Assembly: GCA_964578175.1 (NCBI GenBank)
Contig: CAZOBH010000006.1
Location: 1 to 54,530, forward strand
Origin: an uncultured Clostridium sp.
Lineage (GTDB): Bacteria > Bacillota_I > Bacilli_A > RF39 > UBA660
Length of the DNA stretch: 54,530 nucleotides
Direction: 5' to 3'
A program made the translations under genes and the position numbers. Below the pieces are notes generated by a model. It had not been told where the DNA came from, made no database searches, and saw only the letters and a list, made by a program, of their open reading frames with translations. Shown in pieces: positions 27,358 to 38,387 of the stretch. Every line of letters begins with the position of its first letter. Positions within the stretch are counted from its first letter, which is position 1.

Positions 27358-29027
27358 TAGAATAGTAGGATTATATGATAGGGTGATTATATGAATAAAA
27401 AAGGATTTACAATGATAGAGTTGCTAGCGGTAATAGTAATACTAGGACTTTTACTAGGAGTTGGAATACCAGCAGTAAATAAAGTGCTAGCTAATTTTAG
27501 AATTGATTATTATAAGAAGTTAGAAGGAACCCTAGCAACAGCAGGTCAAGAATTTATATCAGATAAAAGATATCAAAAACCAACAGAACTAATGTATTCA
27601 AGAGTAATAACAAAGGAAGAATTAGTAGGTGGAAAATATATAGATGAGATATTAGATTATAAAGAGAATGAATGTGCAGGAAGTTATGTAGTGGTAGCAA
27701 AAATAGGAGATAAACACTACGAGTATCAAGCATGCTTAAAATGTGAAACAGACGAATATGAAACAGATACAAGTAATAAAGAATATGATCTATGTAATAT
27801 AGCATGGCAAGATAATGAAAACATTGATTATGGAGCAGTAAACGATAAAGAAAAATTATGGGTATATTATGGAACACCAGCAAATGAGATAAAGAACGAG
27901 CTAGGTCTATCTTACGGAATAACAAAGAAAGATAGTGAAGGAAAAGTAATAGCACAAGCAGAAGGAATGGAAAATAAAATTGTATATCCAAATAACATAA
28001 ATGAATTAGTAAGTGCAAATCTAGATAAAGAAGTAACATTAAGATATGAATTACCAACAGGAGAAAGTGTAAATAGAAAAGCAGAGATGTATAGATTTAG
28101 TGTACCAACAGTAAGTCTAAAATATGGAGCAAATAATGTAGCAACAGGAAAACATACAGGAGATACATACACTCAAGGAGAATGGACGAGTAGTTTAAAT
28201 GTAACAATCGGATATAATGAGAAAGATAAAGAAAAATATAGAGACTTTATAGAACAAAGCACGAAATTCACGGTAGAGTGGTATAACCAAACAACAAAGA
28301 AGTGGGAGATAGGAGCAACATGTAATACGAAAGGACTAACTAGTTGTACATGGAATATAAATAGAGACTTTAATGCAGTAACAAAATTTAGAATAAAAGA
28401 TTATAAAGGACATCCATCAATGGAAACTGGAAACTATAAGTTACAAGTAGATGTACAAAAACCAAGTGTAACATTAACAAGACAAACATATAATACATAT
28501 AATTGGACAGCAACAGAGAAAGGTGAATCAGGATTAAGAGGATATAGGTATTCAACAAGTAATACAGTACCAACAAGTTACACAACAAGTGGAACAATAA
28601 ATTCAGGAAGTAAAACAATAAGTAGTGAAGCAACAAACTATGTATGGGTAGTAGATAGAGCAGGAAATGCGAATAGTGCATCAATTGCATCATATACAGT
28701 AAAAAGAAGTCAAGGAGCAGGAACGAGTTTAACAACAAAATATGAAACATCAAGTGGAACAACATTTACAAGTAATTTAGTAGTATTAAATGGAACAAAG
28801 ATATATGTATCAGGAACATCAAGTGCAGGATACAGTGGAATAGTAGTAAAGAAAAATGGAACAGCAATAACAAATAATGCACAAACAACAATAAGTGCGA
28901 ACTCGACAATCAGTAGTGAAGCAACAATATGTGCAGCTGGAAGTTATAGTGGAGCAGGAGCAGCATCATGTACAAAATGTCCAGTTGGAACTTATTCGTC
29001 AGGTACAGGATCAACTTCATGTACAAA
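27358..29027 (+). repeat. 1670-bp direct repeat, copy A
   Basis: Matches 29997-31666 at offset 2639; protein and alternate-frame translations are identical. Confidence 0.92.
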
Positions 29028-29886
29028 CTGTGCAACAGGTTATGAAAGTGGTGAAGGCGCAACTACTTGTACAAAGAAAACATTTACTATTACATATAAT
29101 GGAAATGGAAGTACTGGAGGATCAACTGCTAGTACAAGTTGTAAATATAATGAAACATGTACTTTAAGAAATAATGGATTTAAAAGAACAGGGTATTTCT
29201 TTACAGGATGGTATACTAGTGCATCTGGAGGAACTAAATATGGTTCAACTACTAAACTTACAAGTAATATAACAGTTTATGCACAATGGACAAAAATAAC
29301 TATGAGTATCTCTAATCCAACTAATGGAAATTGGACAAATCGAGATATAGTATTATCATTAAGTACAAGTTTACCAGCAGAAAAAGTAAAATCTTGGTAT
29401 TATAGTTATGCTAATATTACTCCAAGTTTAAGTAATGTTGGAAGTGACGATACTAGAAATTGGGTTAAACATGATAATTCATCTGGTAAAAAATCATTTA
29501 ATACAACACCATATAGTGCAGAGAGAAATCAACTATCATACATAATGGTGTGTAGTACTGATAATGAATGTATTAAAGAATCAACACGTATTAGAATTGA
29601 CAAAACTGCACCTTATTATTCATCAAGCGAATCAAGAGACTGTGATCATATATATTATGGATATTATCATTGTTATATGCCTATAATAAGAGATAATTTA
29701 TCTGGTGTAAACAGTCGTTGTATTTCAACTTCTGGTGGAGAAAATCATTGTGATAATTATGGTGGAATTATGGCTGTGTCTGATGAGTTAAATACAACAT
29801 CATATTCTATTTGGTGGGATTACAGCAGTGCATGTGACATAGCTGGAAATTGTAGAAATCTTGGAAGACATTATCATAGTTGGTAA
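27391..29886 (+). CDS. Type IV prepilin-like surface protein A: three Cys-rich repeats, InlB B-repeat-like domain, unique C-terminus
   Basis: G|FTMIELLAVIVILGLL methylation motif; TITYNGNG...TGYFFTGWYT...VYAQW (about 29080-29295). Confidence 0.85.
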   Translation: MNKKGFTMIELLAVIVILGLLLGVGIPAVNKVLANFRIDYYKKLEGTLATAGQEFISDKRYQKPTELMYSRVITKEELVGGKYIDEILDYKENECAGSYVVVAKIGDKHYEYQACLKCETDEYETDTSNKEYDLCNIAWQDNENIDYGAVNDKEKLWVYYGTPANEIKNELGLSYGITKKDSEGKVIAQAEGMENKIVYPNNINELVSANLDKEVTLRYELPTGESVNRKAEMYRFSVPTVSLKYGANNVATGKHTGDTYTQGEWTSSLNVTIGYNEKDKEKYRDFIEQSTKFTVEWYNQTTKKWEIGATCNTKGLTSCTWNINRDFNAVTKFRIKDYKGHPSMETGNYKLQVDVQKPSVTLTRQTYNTYNWTATEKGESGLRGYRYSTSNTVPTSYTTSGTINSGSKTISSEATNYVWVVDRAGNANSASIASYTVKRSQGAGTSLTTKYETSSGTTFTSNLVVLNGTKIYVSGTSSAGYSGIVVKKNGTAITNNAQTTISANSTISSEATICAAGSYSGAGAASCTKCPVGTYSSGTGSTSCTNCATGYESGEGATTCTKKTFTITYNGNGSTGGSTASTSCKYNETCTLRNNGFKRTGYFFTGWYTSASGGTKYGSTTKLTSNITVYAQWTKITMSISNPTNGNWTNRDIVLSLSTSLPAEKVKSWYYSYANITPSLSNVGSDDTRNWVKHDNSSGKKSFNTTPYSAERNQLSYIMVCSTDNECIKESTRIRIDKTAPYYSSSESRDCDHIYYGYYHCYMPIIRDNLSGVNSRCISTSGGENHCDNYGGIMAVSDELNTTSYSIWWDYSSACDIAGNCRNLGRHYHSW

Positions 29887-29996
29887 TAAATAATATGAAA
29901 AAAAGAATGAAATATATATAAATATTTCATCCTTTTTTATTTATTTATAATTTTAATATAAATTTTCACATTATTTTTTAATATCCTATGGTATAC

Positions 29997-31666
29997 TAGA
30001 ATAGTAGGATTATATGATAGGGTGATTATATGAATAAAAAAGGATTTACAATGATAGAGTTGCTAGCGGTAATAGTAATACTAGGACTTTTACTAGGAGT
30101 TGGAATACCAGCAGTAAATAAAGTGCTAGCTAATTTTAGAATTGATTATTATAAGAAGTTAGAAGGAACCCTAGCAACAGCAGGTCAAGAATTTATATCA
30201 GATAAAAGATATCAAAAACCAACAGAACTAATGTATTCAAGAGTAATAACAAAGGAAGAATTAGTAGGTGGAAAATATATAGATGAGATATTAGATTATA
30301 AAGAGAATGAATGTGCAGGAAGTTATGTAGTGGTAGCAAAAATAGGAGATAAACACTACGAGTATCAAGCATGCTTAAAATGTGAAACAGACGAATATGA
30401 AACAGATACAAGTAATAAAGAATATGATCTATGTAATATAGCATGGCAAGATAATGAAAACATTGATTATGGAGCAGTAAACGATAAAGAAAAATTATGG
30501 GTATATTATGGAACACCAGCAAATGAGATAAAGAACGAGCTAGGTCTATCTTACGGAATAACAAAGAAAGATAGTGAAGGAAAAGTAATAGCACAAGCAG
30601 AAGGAATGGAAAATAAAATTGTATATCCAAATAACATAAATGAATTAGTAAGTGCAAATCTAGATAAAGAAGTAACATTAAGATATGAATTACCAACAGG
30701 AGAAAGTGTAAATAGAAAAGCAGAGATGTATAGATTTAGTGTACCAACAGTAAGTCTAAAATATGGAGCAAATAATGTAGCAACAGGAAAACATACAGGA
30801 GATACATACACTCAAGGAGAATGGACGAGTAGTTTAAATGTAACAATCGGATATAATGAGAAAGATAAAGAAAAATATAGAGACTTTATAGAACAAAGCA
30901 CGAAATTCACGGTAGAGTGGTATAACCAAACAACAAAGAAGTGGGAGATAGGAGCAACATGTAATACGAAAGGACTAACTAGTTGTACATGGAATATAAA
31001 TAGAGACTTTAATGCAGTAACAAAATTTAGAATAAAAGATTATAAAGGACATCCATCAATGGAAACTGGAAACTATAAGTTACAAGTAGATGTACAAAAA
31101 CCAAGTGTAACATTAACAAGACAAACATATAATACATATAATTGGACAGCAACAGAGAAAGGTGAATCAGGATTAAGAGGATATAGGTATTCAACAAGTA
31201 ATACAGTACCAACAAGTTACACAACAAGTGGAACAATAAATTCAGGAAGTAAAACAATAAGTAGTGAAGCAACAAACTATGTATGGGTAGTAGATAGAGC
31301 AGGAAATGCGAATAGTGCATCAATTGCATCATATACAGTAAAAAGAAGTCAAGGAGCAGGAACGAGTTTAACAACAAAATATGAAACATCAAGTGGAACA
31401 ACATTTACAAGTAATTTAGTAGTATTAAATGGAACAAAGATATATGTATCAGGAACATCAAGTGCAGGATACAGTGGAATAGTAGTAAAGAAAAATGGAA
31501 CAGCAATAACAAATAATGCACAAACAACAATAAGTGCGAACTCGACAATCAGTAGTGAAGCAACAATATGTGCAGCTGGAAGTTATAGTGGAGCAGGAGC
31601 AGCATCATGTACAAAATGTCCAGTTGGAACTTATTCGTCAGGTACAGGATCAACTTCATGTACAAA
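29997..31666 (+). repeat. 1670-bp direct repeat, copy B
   Basis: See copy A; the copies diverge immediately after TCAACTTCATGTACAAA. Confidence 0.92.
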
Positions 31667-33314
31667 ATGTGCCAAAGGAACTTATGCAGCAAGTACTGGA
31701 TCATCAAGTTGTGCAAAAGCAAGCTGTGGGCATTACGTAGATACAGAAGGAGCGAGTTCACAAAAAACATGTGCCGCAGGAACATATAGTTCAGAAGGAG
31801 CAGCAACATGTACAAGTGCAACAGCAGGACATTATGTAGCAAGTGCTGGAGCATGTAGTCAAACAGCATGTGCGAAAGGAACATATCAATCAGGAACAGG
31901 AAAGACAAGCTGTACACAAGCAACATGTGGACATTATGTAAGTTCAACAGGAGCAACATCACAAGCAACATGTGCAGCTGGAACGTATAGTGCAGCAGGA
32001 GCAGCAACATGTACAAGTGCAACAGCTGGACATTATGTTGCAAGTGCTGGAGCATGTAGTCAAACAGCATGTGCGAAAGGAACATATCAATCAGGAACAG
32101 GAAAGACAAGCTGTACACAAGCAACATGTGGACATTATGTAAGTTCAACAGGAGCAACATCACAAGCAACATGTGCAGCTGGAACGTATAGTGCAGCAGG
32201 GGCAGCATCATGTACAAGTGCAACAGCTGGTCACTATGTAGCAAGTGCTGGAGCATGTAGCCAAACAGCATGTGCTAAAGGAACATATCAATCGGGAACA
32301 GGGAAAACAAGTTGTTCAAGTTGTGCAGCCGGAACTTATGCATCTAGTACTGGTTCAAGTAGTTGTACAAATGCAAGTTGTGGACATTATGTAGCAAGTG
32401 CTGGAGCAAGTTCACAAACAGCATGTGCAGCCGGGACATATCAAGATGGAACAGGGAAAACAAGTTGTAAAAGTGCAACAGCTGGTCACTACGTAGCAAG
32501 TGCTGGAGCATGCAGTCAAGCTGCTTGTGCTAAAGGAACATATCAATCAGGAACAGGAAAAACAAGTTGTTCAAATTGTGCAGCCGGAACTTATGCATCT
32601 AGTACTGGATCAAGTAGTTGTACAAATGCAAGTTGTGGACATTATGTAGCAAGTGCTGGAGCAAGTTCACAAACAGCATGTGCAGCCGGAACATATCAAT
32701 CAGGAACAGGAAAAACAAGTTGTACAAATGCTAGTAAAGGATATTATGTAGCAAGTGCCGGGTCATGTAGTCAAACAAAATGTCCAGCGAATAAATATCA
32801 AAATGAAACAGGAAAGTCTAGTTGTAAAAACTGTCCTGCTGGTACTGAAAGTAGTGCTGGAGCAAGTTCATGTACATCTACATGTACTCTTACATTTACA
32901 AATGCTACTTATGTTGAAAGTGGAAATAACGGTGGTAGATGTTGGAACACTTGTAAAGGTACTGAGTGTCAAAGTTCTCATCTTCACTGGGAACATAATT
33001 GTAGTACTCCTTCAACTGGTGGAAGTAGAAAGTCTATCTCACATAGTGGATATAGTTGGAACTGGGGAGGACAAGGATCTAGAATGTGTTACTATAACCC
33101 AGATTCTAGTCCATACTTCAGCGATTTATGGGAAAGATGTGATACATCTGAAGCATATTATAATAATTCTGCTAAAACTGCTGGTGGAACATTCTGTTTT
33201 AACTCAGCACAAAAATGGGATTATTATAGGTCATCAGAATATGGAATTGCTACCGTATGTTATGGTACTCAATGTGGCCAAAGAATAATTTGTACAGGAA
33301 GTAATTGTAATTAA
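30030..33314 (+). CDS. Type IV prepilin-like surface protein B with a long Cys-rich repeat stalk and unique C-terminus
   Basis: Same N-terminal ~546 aa as protein A; 26 units of 16-17 aa; Cys/aromatic-rich tip of about 145 aa. Confidence 0.85.
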   Translation: MNKKGFTMIELLAVIVILGLLLGVGIPAVNKVLANFRIDYYKKLEGTLATAGQEFISDKRYQKPTELMYSRVITKEELVGGKYIDEILDYKENECAGSYVVVAKIGDKHYEYQACLKCETDEYETDTSNKEYDLCNIAWQDNENIDYGAVNDKEKLWVYYGTPANEIKNELGLSYGITKKDSEGKVIAQAEGMENKIVYPNNINELVSANLDKEVTLRYELPTGESVNRKAEMYRFSVPTVSLKYGANNVATGKHTGDTYTQGEWTSSLNVTIGYNEKDKEKYRDFIEQSTKFTVEWYNQTTKKWEIGATCNTKGLTSCTWNINRDFNAVTKFRIKDYKGHPSMETGNYKLQVDVQKPSVTLTRQTYNTYNWTATEKGESGLRGYRYSTSNTVPTSYTTSGTINSGSKTISSEATNYVWVVDRAGNANSASIASYTVKRSQGAGTSLTTKYETSSGTTFTSNLVVLNGTKIYVSGTSSAGYSGIVVKKNGTAITNNAQTTISANSTISSEATICAAGSYSGAGAASCTKCPVGTYSSGTGSTSCTKCAKGTYAASTGSSSCAKASCGHYVDTEGASSQKTCAAGTYSSEGAATCTSATAGHYVASAGACSQTACAKGTYQSGTGKTSCTQATCGHYVSSTGATSQATCAAGTYSAAGAATCTSATAGHYVASAGACSQTACAKGTYQSGTGKTSCTQATCGHYVSSTGATSQATCAAGTYSAAGAASCTSATAGHYVASAGACSQTACAKGTYQSGTGKTSCSSCAAGTYASSTGSSSCTNASCGHYVASAGASSQTACAAGTYQDGTGKTSCKSATAGHYVASAGACSQAACAKGTYQSGTGKTSCSNCAAGTYASSTGSSSCTNASCGHYVASAGASSQTACAAGTYQSGTGKTSCTNASKGYYVASAGSCSQTKCPANKYQNETGKSSCKNCPAGTESSAGASSCTSTCTLTFTNATYVESGNNGGRCWNTCKGTECQSSHLHWEHNCSTPSTGGSRKSISHSGYSWNWGGQGSRMCYYNPDSSPYFSDLWERCDTSEAYYNNSAKTAGGTFCFNSAQKWDYYRSSEYGIATVCYGTQCGQRIICTGSNCN
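31569..32879 (+). repeat. Intragenic tandem Cys-rich repeats (CxxGTY / xxxGHY units; 201-bp higher-order period)
   Basis: Near-identical blocks start at 31801, 32002 and 32203. Confidence 0.9.
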
Positions 33315-33330
33315 TATTTGAGGTGGTTAG

Positions 33331-34119
33331 ATGAAGAAAAAAAATAAATTTAATCTAAAATTATTAATTGGAATAGTATTATTAATATTTATTATTATAT
33401 GTGTCTTATTCTTTGCTAATTATAAAAATGATGATAAAAAATTAACGCAAGAGGAAGAAGTATTAGAAAATATAGATAAAGTATTCTTAAATAAAGATAC
33501 AAATTCAGAAGCTATTTTTAAACTTATGGAAACAAAAGTTGCTACAACATATATAATGATGGGAAAAGGATCATTCTTAAGAAGTACACCAAAAGTACCT
33601 GAGAATTTAAACTCTTATAAAAAGGTACAAAATAAATATGTTGATAAAATAGAGAATATTATTTTAGAAAATTCAAAATATGAAATAACAGATACAAGAG
33701 ATGGAAATATATATTTTGATATAACACCATGGTATTATGATATGTATGCTAGTGATGTTATGCATTTATCAAGTAGACTTATGAAAATGAATGGTGTTAG
33801 CAATGATCCAGAAAAAAATACAAATTATTCAGTAGACGAATATAAATCAAGAGTAAAAGCAATGCAAATAATAGATAGGAAATTGGATAATTATTACAAT
33901 ACTGAAAATGAAGTTCTACATTTTAAAATGTTTTTTGTAGATGGAAAACCATATGAAAATCAATATTTGAGCTTATACTTTAATTTAGCAGGAGTAACAT
34001 CAAAAACAGCAATAATGAATCAAGCAGCATATGAAAAACAAACTAAAAGAATAGATGGTTATATAGATGAAGCAATTAAAAACGGAATACTTGATAAAAA
34101 TAATCCATTTGAATTATAA
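33331..34119 (+). CDS. Hypothetical membrane-anchored protein
   Basis: GAGGTG RBS; single N-terminal TM helix; directly downstream of pilin-like gene B. Confidence 0.75.
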   Translation: MKKKNKFNLKLLIGIVLLIFIIICVLFFANYKNDDKKLTQEEEVLENIDKVFLNKDTNSEAIFKLMETKVATTYIMMGKGSFLRSTPKVPENLNSYKKVQNKYVDKIENIILENSKYEITDTRDGNIYFDITPWYYDMYASDVMHLSSRLMKMNGVSNDPEKNTNYSVDEYKSRVKAMQIIDRKLDNYYNTENEVLHFKMFFVDGKPYENQYLSLYFNLAGVTSKTAIMNQAAYEKQTKRIDGYIDEAIKNGILDKNNPFEL

Positions 34120-34216
34120 GATTAACATTTGTTAATCTTTTTTTGTGTAAAGTTTATTTATTTGAATATATGTTTATGTTATATTTTTATTAGTGGTAGA
34201 ATTCTTGGAGGTATAT

Positions 34217-36793
34217 ATGAATTATTATGATAAAGATATTAGTGAAATATATAAAGAATTTGATAGTTCAAGTCATGGTTTAAAACAAGACCAAATTGAT
34301 AATAAACTACAAAAATATGGGTATAACAAGTTAGTTGAAGGTAAAAAGAAATCTAAACTTAGTAAATTTTTAAATCAATTTAATGATATGATGATTATTA
34401 TTTTACTAATTGTTATGTTATTAACTTTTTTCTATGCTTTGTTTTCCACACATGATTATACCGATAGTATTGTTATTTTTGTTGTAGTAATTCTTAATGC
34501 TATTATGGGATTTATTCAAGAAGAAAAAGCTGAAGTTACTTTAGATGGATTAAAAAAGTATTCTGCAACAAGTTGTACTGTAAAAAGAAATGGTGAAGAG
34601 ACAACAATAAGTACTGAGTATTTAGTTCCAGGAGATATTATTATTTTAAATCCAGGAGATAAAGTACCAGCTGATGCTAGAATAATAGAGGCATATAATC
34701 TTCAAGTAGATGAGTCTCCTCTTACAGGGGAATCTGCTCCAGTAAGAAAAAATATTGATAAATTAAAAGGAAAATTACTTTTACAAGAACAAACTAACAT
34801 GATTTTTTCAGGTACTAATATTACTGATGGTAAATGTATAGCTATAGTTTGTAAAACTGGTATGAAAACAGAGATAGGTTCTATAGCAGTATCTCTTAAT
34901 ACTCCATATGAAGTAAAAACTCCACTTCAAGTTAAAATAGAGGAATTATCAAAGAAAATTACTTTTATAGTATTAATAATTATTTGTATAGTATTTTTAT
35001 ATAGTATGATAAATAATTATAGTTTAATTGAATCTATTTCATTATGTATTGCTTTAGCTGTAGGAGCTATTCCTGAAGGGCTTCCAGCAGTAATAACTAT
35101 TACTTTATCAATAGGAGTTGGAAACTTAGCTAAAAAGAAGACTGTCGTTAAACAAATGAACGCTATTGAAACATTAGGTTCAACAGATATTATATGTTCA
35201 GATAAAACAGGTACTATTACTCAAAATAAGATGATAGTTGAAAAAGATATAATTTATAATCAAGAAATGGTTAATTTAATTTGTGCTTTAGATAATGAAG
35301 GAGTAATAGATAAAGATAAATATATTGGAGATCCAACTGAAACATGTTTATATGACTATTTAAAGAAACAAAAGATTGATCCGATAAAAATTAGAAAGAG
35401 TAATAAAAGATTATTTGAAATACCTTTTGATAGTAAGCGTAAAATGTCATCTTCTATTAATGAAGTAAATAATAAAAGATATATATTTACTAAAGGTAGT
35501 GTAGAAAACTTAATAGAAGTTTGTAATAGAATAGATGATGGTAAAGTATCTAAATTAACCAGTGAAAAGAAAAAAGAAATTACTAACTTAGATAAAGATA
35601 TGGCAAAAGATGCTTTAAGAGTATTAGGTTTTGCTTATAAAGAACTTGATAAAATAAATGAGAAATCTATATCTTCAGAAGAAAAAGATCTTATTTTTGT
35701 TGGTTTAGTTGGAATAATAGATCCAGCAAGGCCTGATGCTGAAGAAGCAGTTAAGAAATGTATTAGTGCTGGTATTAAACCTATTATGATTACAGGAGAT
35801 TCTTTATCTACTGCAACCGCAATTGCTAAACAAATTGGAATAGTTAATTCTGAAAAAGAAGGAGTTCTAGGAAGTGAATTAGATAAATATACTGATGAAC
35901 AATTAATAGATTTTGTAACTCACTATAGTGTTTATGCTAGAGTAAATCCAAATCATAAAAGAAGAATTATAGCCGCTTTTCAAAGTGCAGGAAAAGTAGT
36001 TGCAATGACTGGTGATGGAGTAAATGATGCTCCTGCTATAAAAGATGCTCATGTAGGAGTAGGAATGGGAATTACTGGAACAGATGTAACAAAAAGTGTT
36101 GCAGATATAATAATACTTGATGATTCATTCTCTACTATTGTTACAGCAGTTGAAGAGGGAAGAAGAATATTTTCTAATATTAGGAATAATATAGTTTATG
36201 CCTTATCAAGTAATTTTGCTGAAATATTTTCAGTATTTATTGGTATGTTAACTGGAAATACAATTTTACTTCCAATTCAAATATTATTTATTGATCTAGT
36301 AACAGATTCTATACCTAGTATTTGTTTATCGTTTGAAAAAAGCGAAAAAGGAATAATGGATAAACCTCCTAGAGGAATAAATAAAACAATATTTACACCA
36401 TTTATCATCTTTTGTATAGCATCATCTTCAATTATTGAAACATTATTTGTTTTATATACATATTTTGTAATAGGACATGGATTGTCTCCAGAACAATGTA
36501 TAACACTTGCCTTACTTGCGATGGTTATGCAAGAAATAGTTTATGCTGTAAGTACACGTAATTTAAAAGACCTTATAATATATCAAGGATTATTTAGTAA
36601 TAAAGCTATGAATATTGGATTACTTGCGATTATACTAGTTGAATTAATAGTATTCTTAACTCCAGTAGGAAGTTTTGTTGGAGTAGTTGCGATAGAATCT
36701 AGTATTCTTATAAAGGCAATCATAGTTAACTTGTTTGCATTCTTTATATATGAAGTAATTAAACCAATTGCAAGAAAAGTATTTAATGATTAG
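34217..36793 (+). CDS. Cation-transporting P-type ATPase (type II, Ca2+-like)
   Basis: TGES, PEGL, DKTGT, TGD and GDGVND; GGAGG before ATG 34217. Confidence 0.95.
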   Translation: MNYYDKDISEIYKEFDSSSHGLKQDQIDNKLQKYGYNKLVEGKKKSKLSKFLNQFNDMMIIILLIVMLLTFFYALFSTHDYTDSIVIFVVVILNAIMGFIQEEKAEVTLDGLKKYSATSCTVKRNGEETTISTEYLVPGDIIILNPGDKVPADARIIEAYNLQVDESPLTGESAPVRKNIDKLKGKLLLQEQTNMIFSGTNITDGKCIAIVCKTGMKTEIGSIAVSLNTPYEVKTPLQVKIEELSKKITFIVLIIICIVFLYSMINNYSLIESISLCIALAVGAIPEGLPAVITITLSIGVGNLAKKKTVVKQMNAIETLGSTDIICSDKTGTITQNKMIVEKDIIYNQEMVNLICALDNEGVIDKDKYIGDPTETCLYDYLKKQKIDPIKIRKSNKRLFEIPFDSKRKMSSSINEVNNKRYIFTKGSVENLIEVCNRIDDGKVSKLTSEKKKEITNLDKDMAKDALRVLGFAYKELDKINEKSISSEEKDLIFVGLVGIIDPARPDAEEAVKKCISAGIKPIMITGDSLSTATAIAKQIGIVNSEKEGVLGSELDKYTDEQLIDFVTHYSVYARVNPNHKRRIIAAFQSAGKVVAMTGDGVNDAPAIKDAHVGVGMGITGTDVTKSVADIIILDDSFSTIVTAVEEGRRIFSNIRNNIVYALSSNFAEIFSVFIGMLTGNTILLPIQILFIDLVTDSIPSICLSFEKSEKGIMDKPPRGINKTIFTPFIIFCIASSSIIETLFVLYTYFVIGHGLSPEQCITLALLAMVMQEIVYAVSTRNLKDLIIYQGLFSNKAMNIGLLAIILVELIVFLTPVGSFVGVVAIESSILIKAIIVNLFAFFIYEVIKPIARKVFND

Positions 36794-36803
36794 GAGGATT
36801 AAT

Positions 36804-38021
36804 ATGGATAAAGTACTTGAAAAAGCATTAAGAAATGAAAGGAATAGACAAAGGGATAATATAGAACTCATTGCTAGTGAAAACTATGTATCTAAGGATG
36901 TTTTAAAATTACAAGGTAGTATTTTAACTAATAAATATGCTGAAGGATATCCTGGTAAAAGATATTATGGTGGATGCGAATATATTGATATATTTGAAAA
37001 TAGAGCAATAGAAAATGCAACAAAGTTATTTGATTGTAAATACGCTAATGTCCAACCACATTCTGGAAGTGCTGCTAATATGGCTGTATATAGAGCTCTT
37101 CTTGAAAAAGGAGATACAGTAATGGGTATGAATCTTTCTCAAGGTGGACATTTAACTCATGGACATTCTATGTCATTTAGTGGACAAGATTATAAAATAA
37201 TTGAATATAGTGTTGATAAAGAAACTGAAACAATTGATTATGACGAAGTATTAAAACTAGCTCTTTTAAATAAACCTAAAATGATTATAGCTGGTGCATC
37301 AGCTTATTCTAGAATTATTGATTTTAAAAAGTTTAGAGAAATAGCTGATAAAGTAGGTGCTTATCTAATGGTAGATATGGCACATATTGCTGGAATAGTT
37401 GCAGTAGGACTTCATCCATCACCACTTCCTTATGCTGATGTAGTTACAACTACTACTCATAAAACATTACGTGGACCTAGAGGTGGAATGATTCTTACTA
37501 ATAACGAAGAAATTATTACTAAAATTAATAAAACAGTATTCCCAGGTATTCAAGGTGGACCATTAATGCATGTAATAGGAGCTAAAGCTCAATGTTTCTA
37601 TGAAGATTTACAACCTGATTTTAAAGAATATATTAGTCAAGTCTTAAAAAATGCTAAAATTCTTGCTAAGACTTTAGAAGATAATGGATTAAGAATAGTT
37701 TCAGGTGGAACAGATAATCATTTAATGTTAGTAGATGTAAAATCAATTGGTTTAACTGGAAAACAAGCAGAAAAACTATTAGATAATATTCATATTACAG
37801 TTAATAAAAATACTATTCCATATGATACTGAAAAACCATTTGTAACTAGTGGAATTAGACTTGGTACTCCAGCTATGACTACTCGTGGATTTAAAGAAAA
37901 AGATTTTATTAAAGTAGGTAATATAATAGTTGAATCTTTAAAGAATCCAGATAATTTAGAAATACAAGAAAAATTAAAAGAAGAAGTATTAGAATTAACA
38001 AGATCTCATCCTGTTAAGTAA
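36804..38021 (+). CDS. glyA: Serine hydroxymethyltransferase
   Basis: [19 protein letters not shown] and [19 protein letters not shown] before ATG 36804. Confidence 0.97.
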   Translation: MDKVLEKALRNERNRQRDNIELIASENYVSKDVLKLQGSILTNKYAEGYPGKRYYGGCEYIDIFENRAIENATKLFDCKYANVQPHSGSAANMAVYRALLEKGDTVMGMNLSQGGHLTHGHSMSFSGQDYKIIEYSVDKETETIDYDEVLKLALLNKPKMIIAGASAYSRIIDFKKFREIADKVGAYLMVDMAHIAGIVAVGLHPSPLPYADVVTTTTHKTLRGPRGGMILTNNEEIITKINKTVFPGIQGGPLMHVIGAKAQCFYEDLQPDFKEYISQVLKNAKILAKTLEDNGLRIVSGGTDNHLMLVDVKSIGLTGKQAEKLLDNIHITVNKNTIPYDTEKPFVTSGIRLGTPAMTTRGFKEKDFIKVGNIIVESLKNPDNLEIQEKLKEEVLELTRSHPVK

Positions 38022-38102
38022 ATATATGTAAAAAATAACAATATGAAATTGTTATTTTTCTTTTTATTTGGTATTTTTATAATATGAATAGGTGGTGTTT
38101 CT

Positions 38103-38360
38103 ATGGCAGATATGGCATTAAAACCTTATAGTATTGATATAGAAAGTATAAGAATTGGTAAAACAGATATTAAAACTTATGTTGATCATGAAACTAAAAA
38201 AGAAAATAAATATGTAATAGATTTAAGTGAAGCTTTTAAAGAACCTTTAAAATTAAAAGAAAAAAAATATGTAATGGATTTATCTGGAGTATTTCCTAGT
38301 TTTGATAATATTAACAGTGATTATAATCCATATATAGATGAATTAAATGATAATTATTAA
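38103..38360 (+). CDS. Small hypothetical protein with an internal repeat
   Basis: AGGTGG RBS; KYVIDLSEAF / KYVMDLSGVF. Confidence 0.6.
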   Translation: MADMALKPYSIDIESIRIGKTDIKTYVDHETKKENKYVIDLSEAFKEPLKLKEKKYVMDLSGVFPSFDNINSDYNPYIDELNDNY

Positions 38361-38387
38361 AGTTTTAAAGAATAGAAGGGAACTATT

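Noticed and set aside
27358-33314. Classical shufflon or diversity-generating retroelement acting on the pilin genes
   Set aside because: No recombinase or reverse transcriptase in the window, no inverted sfx-like repeats, and no template/variable pair differing only at adenines.
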